A stretch of 64,000 bases of DNA, from assembly GCA_963784445.1 (NCBI GenBank), contig CAWARO010000003.1, forward strand, positions 1,169,440-1,233,439, read 5' to 3'. The notes under the pieces were generated by a model that did no database searches, was not told the origin of the DNA, and saw only the letters and a program-made list of their open reading frames with translations. Source of the stretch: an uncultured Acidimicrobiia bacterium (GTDB lineage Bacteria > Acidobacteriota > Vicinamibacteria > Vicinamibacterales > UBA2999). Within the stretch, counting starts at the first letter, position 1; the number at the start of each line of letters is the position of its first letter. The translations under genes were made by a program, and so were the position numbers. Below are positions 18,157 to 26,097 of this stretch, piece after piece.

Positions 18157-18995
18157 AACGGATGCGCTCGCCGTGGGGCGAATCGGTCTTTGTCCACATT
18201 TCGTGGGACCTGTTCTGGGCCTCGCTGGTTGGCGGCCTGTTGTTCCTTCTCGCGCACGGTGGCTACATGCTGTTCTCGCAGCACCACAAGCGCAACAAGG
18301 ACGAAGTCGATCGCCTGGAAGTGGAACGCGCCGGCCTGCCGGCGCGGATCCAGCGGCACGGGTTCGTGGCCCGCGTCTTTCACTGGGTGATGGCGTTTTC
18401 CATGCTGGTGCTGCTGTTCACTGCGTTCCTGCCCATCGTGGGCGTCCGGTTCGCGTGGGTGCAGTGGCACTGGATGGCCGGCATCCTGTTGACCGCCTCG
18501 ATCCTGTTCCACATCGTGCACGCCACGTTCTTCCTGGACTTCTGGTCGATCTGGGTCGGCCCGAAGGACATCCCCGAATTCAAGGCGGAGATGCTGCGTG
18601 AGGTCGGCCGCGAAGACGTGCCGGGACCACGGCCCGGCAAGTACCCGCTCGGCAACCGGCTCTATCACCTCGCGGTGGTGGTGGCGGGCCTGGGGGTGAT
18701 CGCCACCGGCGTGGTGATGATGTGGCGCGTCCGCACCGGGATCGTCGACCGGAACCCCTACCTACTGTCCGACACCACGTGGGGCCTCACGTATGTGCTG
18801 CACGGACTGGCGGGCGTGGGCTTTGTCGGCCTGGTCATCGCGCACATTTATTTCGCGCTGCGTCCCGAGAAGCTGTGGATCACCAAGTCGATGATCTTCG
18901 GCACCATCTCGCGGCGTGAGTACCTCGAGTACCACGATCCCGATCGCTGGGTCGCCGACGGCCGCGACAAGTCGTCTCGTTCGCCCGTCGCGTGA
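18144..18995 (+). CDS. membrane cytochrome b (Ni/Fe-hydrogenase / formate dehydrogenase gamma-like b-type cytochrome)
   Basis: IQRHGFVARVFHWVMAF and further conserved His residues in predicted TM helices. Overlaps the upstream gene by 13 nt. Confidence 0.75.
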   Translation: MDLLERMRSPWGESVFVHISWDLFWASLVGGLLFLLAHGGYMLFSQHHKRNKDEVDRLEVERAGLPARIQRHGFVARVFHWVMAFSMLVLLFTAFLPIVGVRFAWVQWHWMAGILLTASILFHIVHATFFLDFWSIWVGPKDIPEFKAEMLREVGREDVPGPRPGKYPLGNRLYHLAVVVAGLGVIATGVVMMWRVRTGIVDRNPYLLSDTTWGLTYVLHGLAGVGFVGLVIAHIYFALRPEKLWITKSMIFGTISRREYLEYHDPDRWVADGRDKSSRSPVA

Positions 18996-19411
18996 CGCCA
19001 GACGCCGCTAGAGAAGAGTTGTCCCGGCGCGCCGATGCGATCGAGGGCGGCTACGAAATGATGCTGGCGTACGCGGCGCAGGGTCTGCCATCAGACCAGG
19101 GCGCCGCGAACTCCAACCAGCTTCGCGAACATCTCCAACGCTTCGAAACGGCGCTGACGGGGCTGGCGCAGACCTACCGTGATTGCGCCGCCGCCCTCGG
19201 TGTGGGCCCGGCCGACGCGCTCAATAGCTTCCTGAAGGTTCTCGAGAGCGACGCCGCGGCCACGCAGGCGGCGTTGCGCCTGGTGCTGGGGCAACCCGGG
19301 ATTAGCTCGCAGATGATCGACAACATCAACGCGTCGATCCACGTCCGCGCTCTCCTCACCGACGTCTTCGTCGTCGACGAGATCATCAAAGCATCGAAGT
19401 CCAGTGCGTAG
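18992..19411 (+). CDS. hypothetical helical protein, translationally coupled to the cytochrome b gene
   Basis: GTGA start/stop overlap at 18992-18995; 139 aa; no motif recognised. Confidence 0.55.
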   Translation: MTPDAAREELSRRADAIEGGYEMMLAYAAQGLPSDQGAANSNQLREHLQRFETALTGLAQTYRDCAAALGVGPADALNSFLKVLESDAAATQAALRLVLGQPGISSQMIDNINASIHVRALLTDVFVVDEIIKASKSSA

Positions 19412-19470
19412 AGGCGGGTCTTTCGAAGTCCGCCGAAGCCCGACAGCGCGAAGGTGGAAGACCCGCCTGC
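19411..19470. repeat. REP-like imperfect hairpin element, copy 1
   Basis: GAGGCGGGTCTTTCGAAGTCCGCCGAAGCCCGACAGCGCGAAGGTGGAAGACCCGCCTGC. Outer stem GGCGGGTCTT/AAGACCCGCC, inner TCCGCC/GGTGGA. Near-identical architecture at 38954-39013. Confidence 0.85.
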
Positions 19471-19478
19471 CGACGGGC

Positions 19479-20132
19479 TCAAAACGTCAGATCCGCAACC
19501 GACTGAATAATCCTGGTGTGGGGCGCCTGTTGCAGCGCCTCGCGCGGGTGCGCGCCCGACAGCACCCCGATGTTCCAGCGCACGCGGGCACGGGCCGCCG
19601 ATTCGAGGTCGAGCGCGGTGTCGCCGACGTTGGCCACCCGGTCCGGATCCAGCACCGACGTCATTTTCATCGCCAGTAGAATCAGGTCCGGCGCCGGCCG
19701 GCCGTTGACCACGTCGTCGCCACACACGAGCACGTCGACGGTGTTGCGCGTCCAGCCGATTGCCGAGAGCAGCAGTGTGGCGAGGTCGCGATCGAAGCCG
19801 GTGGTCAATGCGATCTTGCCGCCGCGGGCGCGGACATGCTGGAACGCTTGCAGCGCGCCCGGCACGCTGTGCACGCCGTCGCTGGCGTAGCGGCTGGCGA
19901 GCTCGTGGCGAAACTGCTCGTAGATGCCCTCGGTGCGATGGACTTCCGACGGCGGCAGCAGCGCGCGGATGGCTTGCCGCTTCGAAGCGCCGCGCACGCG
20001 CGTGATGTCGTCGGCGCTGAGGGCGATGCCGTTGGCCGACAGCGCGCCGGCAAACGCGGCCGAAACCTGTCCGCGATCTTCAACAGTAGTACCTGCCATG
20101 TCGAAGATTACGAGCGCAGGAAAGTTCATCAC
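19479..20132 (-). CDS. HAD-IA family hydrolase (phosphonatase-like)
   Basis: VIFDMAGTTVED nucleophile motif; GGKIALTTG; C-terminal VGDTALDL. Confidence 0.75.
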   Translation of the reverse strand: MMNFPALVIFDMAGTTVEDRGQVSAAFAGALSANGIALSADDITRVRGASKRQAIRALLPPSEVHRTEGIYEQFRHELASRYASDGVHSVPGALQAFQHVRARGGKIALTTGFDRDLATLLLSAIGWTRNTVDVLVCGDDVVNGRPAPDLILLAMKMTSVLDPDRVANVGDTALDLESAARARVRWNIGVLSGAHPREALQQAPHTRIIQSVADLTF

Positions 20133-20500
20133 AAGTCAGGCATCACGAACGTCCGCCGTGCGAGGTCAGACGCCAACAGCTCCTTCGAATAATACCGGTT
20201 AAGGATGGACGGTTTCCAAGTCAGCAAATCGGCGTTGGCGTCGGCAAATGTTTCCCACGTGTCGGCCGAGGTCCGGGCCTGCCGCTCGGCGATGAGCAGC
20301 AGGAACGCCCAGGTGATTGTTTCGTGATACAGCCCGGTTGCGCCCTTGGCGTCGGCGAAGCGCTTGATGGCGGCGGTGAATTCGCCGAGCGCGGCCGGCA
20401 TTCCGTAGCGGCGCACGAACAGCCATGCCACGTGCACGTGCTGCGCGTGGTGAAACTGGTCGGCTGGCAGGGTCGTATCAACGAACTGTTCGAGCAGCAC
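20129..20500 (-). CDS. hypothetical protein (123 aa)
   Basis: ATGA overlap with the HAD gene. Non-repetitive composition. No motif recognised. Confidence 0.5.
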   Translation of the reverse strand: MLLEQFVDTTLPADQFHHAQHVHVAWLFVRRYGMPAALGEFTAAIKRFADAKGATGLYHETITWAFLLLIAERQARTSADTWETFADANADLLTWKPSILNRYYSKELLASDLARRTFVMPDL

Positions 20501-20753
20501 GACTCTTCTCCTTCAACTTGTGGGCATCCTCCGCGGTCAGCGTCAGCCCGAAGACCTTTTTCAACTCCGCCACCTTCTTGCGCGTGGGCGCCGAGAACGG
20601 CGCCTTGCCCTCGAAGGCGTGCAAGGCGATGCCCTCGAGGAGGTCGCCGAGGGTAATATCCAGGCTGTCCGCCAGCGCCTTCAGCACTTTGAGCAGCCGC
20701 TTTTCCAGGCGGACCCCGGTCTGGACGCGTTCGACGATCACTGTTTGTGACAT
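20478..20753 (-). CDS. hypothetical small protein (91 aa), possibly ribbon-helix-helix-like
   Basis: The ATG at 20753 gives MSQTVIVERVQTGVRLEKRLLKVLKALADSL... The long N-terminal extension in the track (to 21218) is antisense to the alkD-like gene and was discarded. Confidence 0.45.
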   Translation of the reverse strand: MSQTVIVERVQTGVRLEKRLLKVLKALADSLDITLGDLLEGIALHAFEGKAPFSAPTRKKVAELKKVFGLTLTAEDAHKLKEKSRAARTVR

Positions 20754-20780
20754 AGGTAACTTGGTACCAATATAACGTAC

Positions 20781-21485
20781 ATGGCAAAGAACCCTCGACC
20801 GACCGATGCCGCCACCGCCGTCGCCTGGCTCAAGGCCCAGGGCGACCCGGCCTTCAAAGCGGGCCTCGCCCGTTATGGACTCCCTACGGAAAAGGCGTTC
20901 GGGCTGTCCGTGGCGACGATTAAGAGCTACGCGAAAACACTCGGCCGCGACCACGATCTGGCCGTGGCGCTGTGGAAGACCGGCTGGACCGACGCGCGGA
21001 TGCTGGCGGCGCTGGTCGGCGAGCCGGACAAGGTGACCCCGCGCGAAATGGATGCCTGGTGCCGAGACTTCGACAGCTGGGGCATTGTCGACACCGTCTG
21101 TTTTACGCTGTGGGACCGGTCGCCGCATGCGTGGCCGAAGGCGAAACAGTGGGTGACGCGCAAGCCTGAGTTCGAGAAGCGCGCCGGCTTCGTGCTGATG
21201 GCCTGCCTCGCCGCGCATGACAAGAAGGCGGCGGACGCGGACTTTCTACCGTTCCTGCCGCTCATCGAGAAGGGTGCGAGCGACGAGCGGAACTTCGTGA
21301 AGAAGGGCGTGAGTTGGGCGCTGCGTCACATCGGTCATCGCAGCAAGAAGCTTCACGCCGCCGTGATCAAGACTGCCACGCGTCTGTCGAAGTCGTCCGA
21401 CCGCACCGAACGGTGGGTCGGCAAAGACGCGCTCAGGGACCTGATGCGTCCGACCGTGCTGAAGAAAGTAGCGGCGAAGCGCTAG
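20781..21485 (+). CDS. DNA alkylation repair protein (AlkD-like HEAT-repeat family)
   Basis: Overall resemblance to the DNA alkylation repair enzyme family (…WKTGWTDARMLAALVG…FVKKGVSWALRHIG). Recognised by pattern only. Confidence 0.6.
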   Translation: MAKNPRPTDAATAVAWLKAQGDPAFKAGLARYGLPTEKAFGLSVATIKSYAKTLGRDHDLAVALWKTGWTDARMLAALVGEPDKVTPREMDAWCRDFDSWGIVDTVCFTLWDRSPHAWPKAKQWVTRKPEFEKRAGFVLMACLAAHDKKAADADFLPFLPLIEKGASDERNFVKKGVSWALRHIGHRSKKLHAAVIKTATRLSKSSDRTERWVGKDALRDLMRPTVLKKVAAKR

Positions 21486-21488
21486 CTT

Positions 21489-21525
21489 TTGCCCTTTCGC
21501 GCTTACGCGCGAAACCTTCGGGCAA
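21489..21525 (+). terminator. GC hairpin downstream of the alkD-like gene
   Basis: TTTCGCGC-TTAC-GCGCGAAA (21495-21514) nested in TTGCCC...GGGCAA. No clear U tract. Confidence 0.35.
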
Positions 21526-21563
21526 GGTGTGCGGTTCAGCCAACCGTTGTAAGCTACCCAACC

Positions 21564-22529
21564 ATGCGCGGGGTTTCTCTGATCGCCTTCTCCTTGATGC
21601 TGTGTTCGCCGATCGTGGCGCAGGATCGCTACATAGCGGCCGACGGCAAACTTCGCGTCGCGCTGGCGCAGCAGCCGCTGGGACCCAACGGGCCATCGAA
21701 GGGTCCCGACACCATGGCTACAGGCGGTATCCAGAAGATTCTCGCCGACCTTGGTGCCACTGTCCGCGTCGAGCGAGCGCAGCTGACCCCGTTCGAAGAC
21801 ACCGAATATGGCGGTTGGAAGAAGCTGGGAATGAGTCTCGGTCACTTCGCTGACATTGTCACGAAGAACGAGCGCGACGGTTACTTCACAGTCGGACTAC
21901 TCGCGACGTGTCCGTCGATGCCTGGACTCGTCGCGGGATTACAGCGATCCGGGTCGACCATCGAACCCATTCGCGTTGGCATGCTATGGCTCGACGCCCA
22001 TCCCGATTTCAACACTCCGGAGACGACGCGTAGCGGTTCGCTCGGCGGTATGCCAGTCGCCGTCGCGACCGGGCGCGGCTTGCACGTGATGCGGCGAGAC
22101 GCGAAGCTCGATCCGCCGATGTCGGATCAGAACATCGTGATGGCCGGCGTCCGGCTTACCGATCCGCTCGAACAGCGGTTGCTTGACGATTCTCGAATCG
22201 AGCAACTGTCCGTAGACGACCTGCGTAACATGACACCCGCGGTCTGGCAGCAGATGGATCGCCTCAATCGCATCAGCGACAAGCTCTACATCCACATCGA
22301 CATGGATGTGCTCGACCCTCGTGAGGTTATGGCCCATGGCAATAAGGTTCCAAATGGTCCATCGAGCGAGCAACTCGAGCGGCTGTTCGAGGAAATCTTC
22401 AAGCGGTATCCGAAGGCATCCGCGATCGGATTCGCGACGATTCCACCGACCGATGAAGGAGGCCTTTCGATCGCAGCTCTTAATAGGATGATCGCCGGGG
22501 CTGTCCGAGGCGTTCGCGCGCGCAAATAA
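21564..22529 (+). CDS. arginase/agmatinase/formiminoglutamase family hydrolase, secreted
   Basis: Metal-binding motifs LDAHPDFNTP and IHIDMDVLDP. Signal-like N-terminus MRGVSLIAFSLMLCSPIVAQ from the ATG at 21564. Confidence 0.8.
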   Translation: MRGVSLIAFSLMLCSPIVAQDRYIAADGKLRVALAQQPLGPNGPSKGPDTMATGGIQKILADLGATVRVERAQLTPFEDTEYGGWKKLGMSLGHFADIVTKNERDGYFTVGLLATCPSMPGLVAGLQRSGSTIEPIRVGMLWLDAHPDFNTPETTRSGSLGGMPVAVATGRGLHVMRRDAKLDPPMSDQNIVMAGVRLTDPLEQRLLDDSRIEQLSVDDLRNMTPAVWQQMDRLNRISDKLYIHIDMDVLDPREVMAHGNKVPNGPSSEQLERLFEEIFKRYPKASAIGFATIPPTDEGGLSIAALNRMIAGAVRGVRARK

Positions 22530-22563
22530 TTGCGCACTCTCGAGTGCGTGGCGCGAGCAGGTT

Positions 22564-23883
22564 CTATGTCGGCAGTGTCAGCCGGGCGCGGCAGCCGCGG
22601 ACGTCCTTGCGATTGTCGAGCGTCAGGGATCCGCCGTGGCCTTCAGCGATCTGACGGCACAAGACCAGGCCAATGCCTGACCCGCCTGGCTTGGTGGTGA
22701 AGAACGGCACGAACAGGTTGGAGGTGTTGGCCAGGCCGGGGCCTTCGTCCTCGACGGAGATATCGAGATTGCCTTTCGTCCGCCGCCAACTCACGGTGAC
22801 GGTGGTGCCGCCGACCTCGAGGCAGGCGTCGGCGGCGTTGCGCAGCAAGTTGATCAACAACTGCTCGAGCTGATCGGCGTCGGCCTCGATGGTGACGTCG
22901 GGGCCGGTCTTGACCACGACCGGCACACGAGTGTCGAACGACGTGACACGCTGAATGAGCGGCTTCAACACGACCGGCGCCAGCTTCGGCGCCGGCAGCC
23001 GCGCCAGCCTCGCCGAGGCACCGGTGAAGCGGCTCAGCGAGTCCGTTCGCGAGGCGATTACCTGCAGGCCTCTCGTCATGTCATCGCGCCAGTCTTCCGG
23101 CGGCGGGTTGCGCTGCAGCAGGTTCTCGAGCGAGCCGGCGATCGACTTGATCGGTCCCAGCGAGTTGCCCAACTCGTGACCGATGACGCGAATCAGGCGC
23201 TGCCACGCCTGGCGCTCCTGTTCGCGCAACGGGCGGCTGACGTCCGACAGCACCAGCAAATCGTGAGGCAGTCCTCCCAATCGGAAAGTCGTTCGTCGCA
23301 CTTCCCACCGGCCCGGACCGGCGCCGGGCGGCGAGATGTCGACCACCCGCGGCGCTTCACCAAACCATTCGGCGAGCGCCAGCTCCTCAGCGGTTCGACC
23401 GAGCATGTGTTCCATGCTCTTGCCCATCAGCCGTTCGCCGGTGCGGTTGACGATGCGCAGCCGCTTCTGGGGATCGAACGCGAACACCGCGACGTCGATT
23501 TGTTCCATCACCGTTCGCAGGAGGGAGCTGGCTTCGACGGCGCCGAGTCGCTGCTCGTGCAGCGTTTCCGCCAGCGCGTTGATCTCGATCAGCGCCGCGC
23601 CGAGCGGATCGTCGGGATTGGCGGTGCGGCCGCGAATCGAGAAGTCGTCTTCACGAAGGGCGGCGAGCAGGTTCGCGAGCGTCTGCAGCGGCACCACCAC
23701 ACGCGTGCGCACCGACGCGGCCAGGCCGAACAGCGTCGCGAGAATGATGACGCTCAGCGTCCACTGGACTTTGGGCGTATACGGCTCGGTCCACAGGATC
23801 CACATCGCCGTGATCGCGCCTGGCACCCCGGCACCTAGCGCGAGGGCGAAAACCTGCTGGTCGAGCCGAAGGCGGCGCCACAC
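22564..23883 (-). CDS. sensor histidine kinase (NtrB/AtoS-like; TM-HAMP-PAS-HisKA-HATPase)
   Basis: H box IGHELGNSLGPI, N box LLRNAADA, DEGPGL, GGSGIGLVLCRQIAEGHGG; GTG start. Confidence 0.88.
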   Translation of the reverse strand: MWRRLRLDQQVFALALGAGVPGAITAMWILWTEPYTPKVQWTLSVIILATLFGLAASVRTRVVVPLQTLANLLAALREDDFSIRGRTANPDDPLGAALIEINALAETLHEQRLGAVEASSLLRTVMEQIDVAVFAFDPQKRLRIVNRTGERLMGKSMEHMLGRTAEELALAEWFGEAPRVVDISPPGAGPGRWEVRRTTFRLGGLPHDLLVLSDVSRPLREQERQAWQRLIRVIGHELGNSLGPIKSIAGSLENLLQRNPPPEDWRDDMTRGLQVIASRTDSLSRFTGASARLARLPAPKLAPVVLKPLIQRVTSFDTRVPVVVKTGPDVTIEADADQLEQLLINLLRNAADACLEVGGTTVTVSWRRTKGNLDISVEDEGPGLANTSNLFVPFFTTKPGGSGIGLVLCRQIAEGHGGSLTLDNRKDVRGCRARLTLPT

Positions 23884-23887
23884 GGAT

Positions 23888-23915
23888 TGGGTCCTGGGTC
23901 TTGGGTCCTGGCTCT
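23888..23915. repeat. heptamer tandem repeat TGGGTCY x4 filling the regulator-kinase spacer
   Basis: tgggtcc tgggtct tgggtcc tggctct, between the RR stop (23920-23922) and the HK start (23883). Confidence 0.9.
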
Positions 23916-23919
23916 TGAG

Positions 23920-25281
23920 CTAAAGCTTGTAACGTTCCAGTCGACGATACAGCGCACTGCGAGACAAGCCAAGCGCCCGGGCGGCGTGGCTCACGTTGCC
24001 GTAGCGGGCCATGGCCTTCTTGATGAGGAACGCTTCGACTTCTTCGAGGCTCATGTCTTCGAGCCGTGCGGTCGAGCCGCCTTCGACGCGCAACCCGAGG
24101 TCGCTGGCGCGCAGGGTGGGACCTTGCGACATCAGCACCGCCCGCTCCACCGAGTGATCCAACTCGCGCACGTTGCCGGGCCAGCGGTGATCCATCAGGA
24201 CCTGCATGGCGGCCGGATCGAATCCCGACAGCGGCTTGCGATACCGCTGCGCGTGCTGGCGGAGGAAGTGCTTCGCCAGCAGGGGAATGTCCTCGCGACG
24301 ATCGCGCAATGGCGGCAGGTGAATCTCGATGGTGTTGAGACGGAAATACAGGTCCTGCCGGAATCGGCCGGCTTCCACTTCCGCGTTGAGATCGGCGTTG
24401 GTCGCGGAGATCAACCGGACGCTGACCTTGCGCGTCTTTGACGATCCGAGCCGCTCGAATTCGCCGGTCTCAATCACGCGCAGCAGCTTCTGCTGCTGGG
24501 TCATCGGCACGTTGGCGATCTCGTCGAGGAACAGCGTGCTGCCATCGGCCAGCTCGAAGCGTCCCACACGATCCGTCTTGGCATCGGTGAACGCGCCCTT
24601 GAGATGGCCGAACAGCTCCGACTCGAACACCCCCTCGGCCATGCCGCCGGCGTTGACCGTGACCATCGGCCGGGCCGCGCGCGGCGACACGTTGTGCAGC
24701 GCCTGCGCCACCAGGCTCTTGCCGGTGCCGTTCTCGCCGGTGATCAACACGTTGGCATCGGCCGGGCCGACGCGCGCGATCATCTCGAGCACTGGCCGCA
24801 TGGCCGCCGACTCGGCGAGAATGGGCGAGCGGCCATCGGCCTGCAGCGCCTGGTTCGCGGCCTCGAGCTGCCGGCCGCGACGAATGGCGCGGCCCAGCTC
24901 CGCTTGCGTGCGGACGATCGACAGGAGCCGCTCGTTCTCCCATGGCTTCTGGACGAAATCGCGGGCGCCGCGCCGCATCGCTTCCACGGCGACATTCACC
25001 GATCCCCACGCGGTGAGCACCACCACCGGCAGCGACTCGTCCGCGGTGTGAATGCGTTGCAGGAGATCCAGGCCCTCGGCGCCGGACGTGGTGTCGCGCG
25101 TGTAATTGAGATCCATCAGGACCACGTCGAAGTCCTTGAGCTCGAGCGCGCGCATCAACTGCTGTGGCGACGCCGCGGTGTCGATCAGGAAGCCCTCGGG
25201 CTTCAGCAATAACCGCAGCGCTTCGATGACGTCGGCCTGATCGTCCGCGACGAGGATGCGGATCGCCGGGTTGAGAGTCAA
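23920..25281 (-). CDS. sigma-54-dependent response regulator (NtrC family enhancer-binding protein)
   Basis: Receiver domain (ILVADDQ...DLNY), AAA+ GENGTGKS, GAFTDA loop (LKGAFTDA), ELFGH, C-terminal Fis HTH GNVSHAARALGLSRSALYRRLERYKL. Confidence 0.92.
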   Translation of the reverse strand: MTLNPAIRILVADDQADVIEALRLLLKPEGFLIDTAASPQQLMRALELKDFDVVLMDLNYTRDTTSGAEGLDLLQRIHTADESLPVVVLTAWGSVNVAVEAMRRGARDFVQKPWENERLLSIVRTQAELGRAIRRGRQLEAANQALQADGRSPILAESAAMRPVLEMIARVGPADANVLITGENGTGKSLVAQALHNVSPRAARPMVTVNAGGMAEGVFESELFGHLKGAFTDAKTDRVGRFELADGSTLFLDEIANVPMTQQQKLLRVIETGEFERLGSSKTRKVSVRLISATNADLNAEVEAGRFRQDLYFRLNTIEIHLPPLRDRREDIPLLAKHFLRQHAQRYRKPLSGFDPAAMQVLMDHRWPGNVRELDHSVERAVLMSQGPTLRASDLGLRVEGGSTARLEDMSLEEVEAFLIKKAMARYGNVSHAARALGLSRSALYRRLERYKL

Positions 25282-25339
25282 ACCCGCCGCCTCTCAACCC
25301 GGCCCGCCCCGCCGGAGGCGGGGCCAAGAGATGCTGCCG

Positions 25340-25396
25340 CTAGCGAGGCGAAGCCGCTCCTGACACGATTGCGGTTTCGAGGCGAAGCCTCGCTAG
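25340..25396. repeat. inverted plus direct repeat structure overlapping the ATPase-2 stop codon
   Basis: CTAGCGAGG (25340-25348) is the reverse complement of CCTCGCTAG (25388-25396). CGAGGCGAAGCC occurs twice. A separate GC hairpin lies at 25306-25324 (GCCCCGCC-GGA-GGCGGGGC). Confidence 0.8.
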
Positions 25397-26061
25397 TTCG
25401 CATCGACGATCCAGCCGTCCTTTAGATTGATCACGCGCTTGCCGTACGACGCGTTCTCCTTCGAGTGCGTCACCTGCACGATGGTCGTGCCGTTGTCGTT
25501 CAGGCGGCGGAACAGCTCCATGATCTCCTTGCCCTGATCGGAGTGGAGGTTGCCGGTCGGTTCGTCGGCGAGGATCAGCGTCGGCTTCGCCACCACGGCG
25601 CGCGCGATCGCCACCAGCTGCTGTTGGCCGCCCGACAGCTGGTTCGGAAACAGATCTTTCTTGCCGACGATGTTGAAGCGATCGAGGATGTCGGCGACCA
25701 TGCCTTCTCGCTCGGCCTTCTTCACGTCGCGGTACGAGAGCGGCAGGTCGATGTTCTCGTACACGGTCAGGTTGTCGAGCAGGTGATAGCTCTGGAACAC
25801 GAAGCCGATGTGCTGCTTCTGCACCCGCATGCGATCCTTCGCCGAGAGCTGGTGGATCGGATCCTCGAACAGCCAGTATTCGCCCGTCCAGGCGCTGTCG
25901 TGCATCCCGAGGATGTGGAGCAGCGTGCTCTTGCCGGCGCCCGACGGTCCCATGATGGACACGAAATCGCCCTGCTTGATCTCCGCGTTGACGCGGCGCA
26001 GGACGAAGGTTTGAGTCAGGCCGTGCCGGTAGGATTTTTCGATGTTGTTGAGTTTGATCAT
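25393..26061 (-). CDS. ABC transporter ATP-binding protein, MacB/LolD type (ATPase 2)
   Basis: From the ATG at 26061: [11 protein letters not shown]...; Walker [29 protein letters not shown]. The track extension to 26175 overlaps the permease and was discarded. Confidence 0.9.
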   Translation of the reverse strand: MIKLNNIEKSYRHGLTQTFVLRRVNAEIKQGDFVSIMGPSGAGKSTLLHILGMHDSAWTGEYWLFEDPIHQLSAKDRMRVQKQHIGFVFQSYHLLDNLTVYENIDLPLSYRDVKKAEREGMVADILDRFNIVGKKDLFPNQLSGGQQQLVAIARAVVAKPTLILADEPTGNLHSDQGKEIMELFRRLNDNGTTIVQVTHSKENASYGKRVINLKDGWIVDAN

Positions 26062-26069
26062 TTGAATTA

Positions 26070-26097
26070 GGGATCGGGGATCGGGGATCAGGGATCG
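26070..26097. repeat. heptamer tandem repeat GGGATCR x4 across the permease stop codon and permease-ATPase spacer
   Basis: gggatcg gggatcg gggatca gggatcg. The variant unit supplies the permease stop (TCA = TGA on the minus strand, 26088-26090). Confidence 0.92.
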
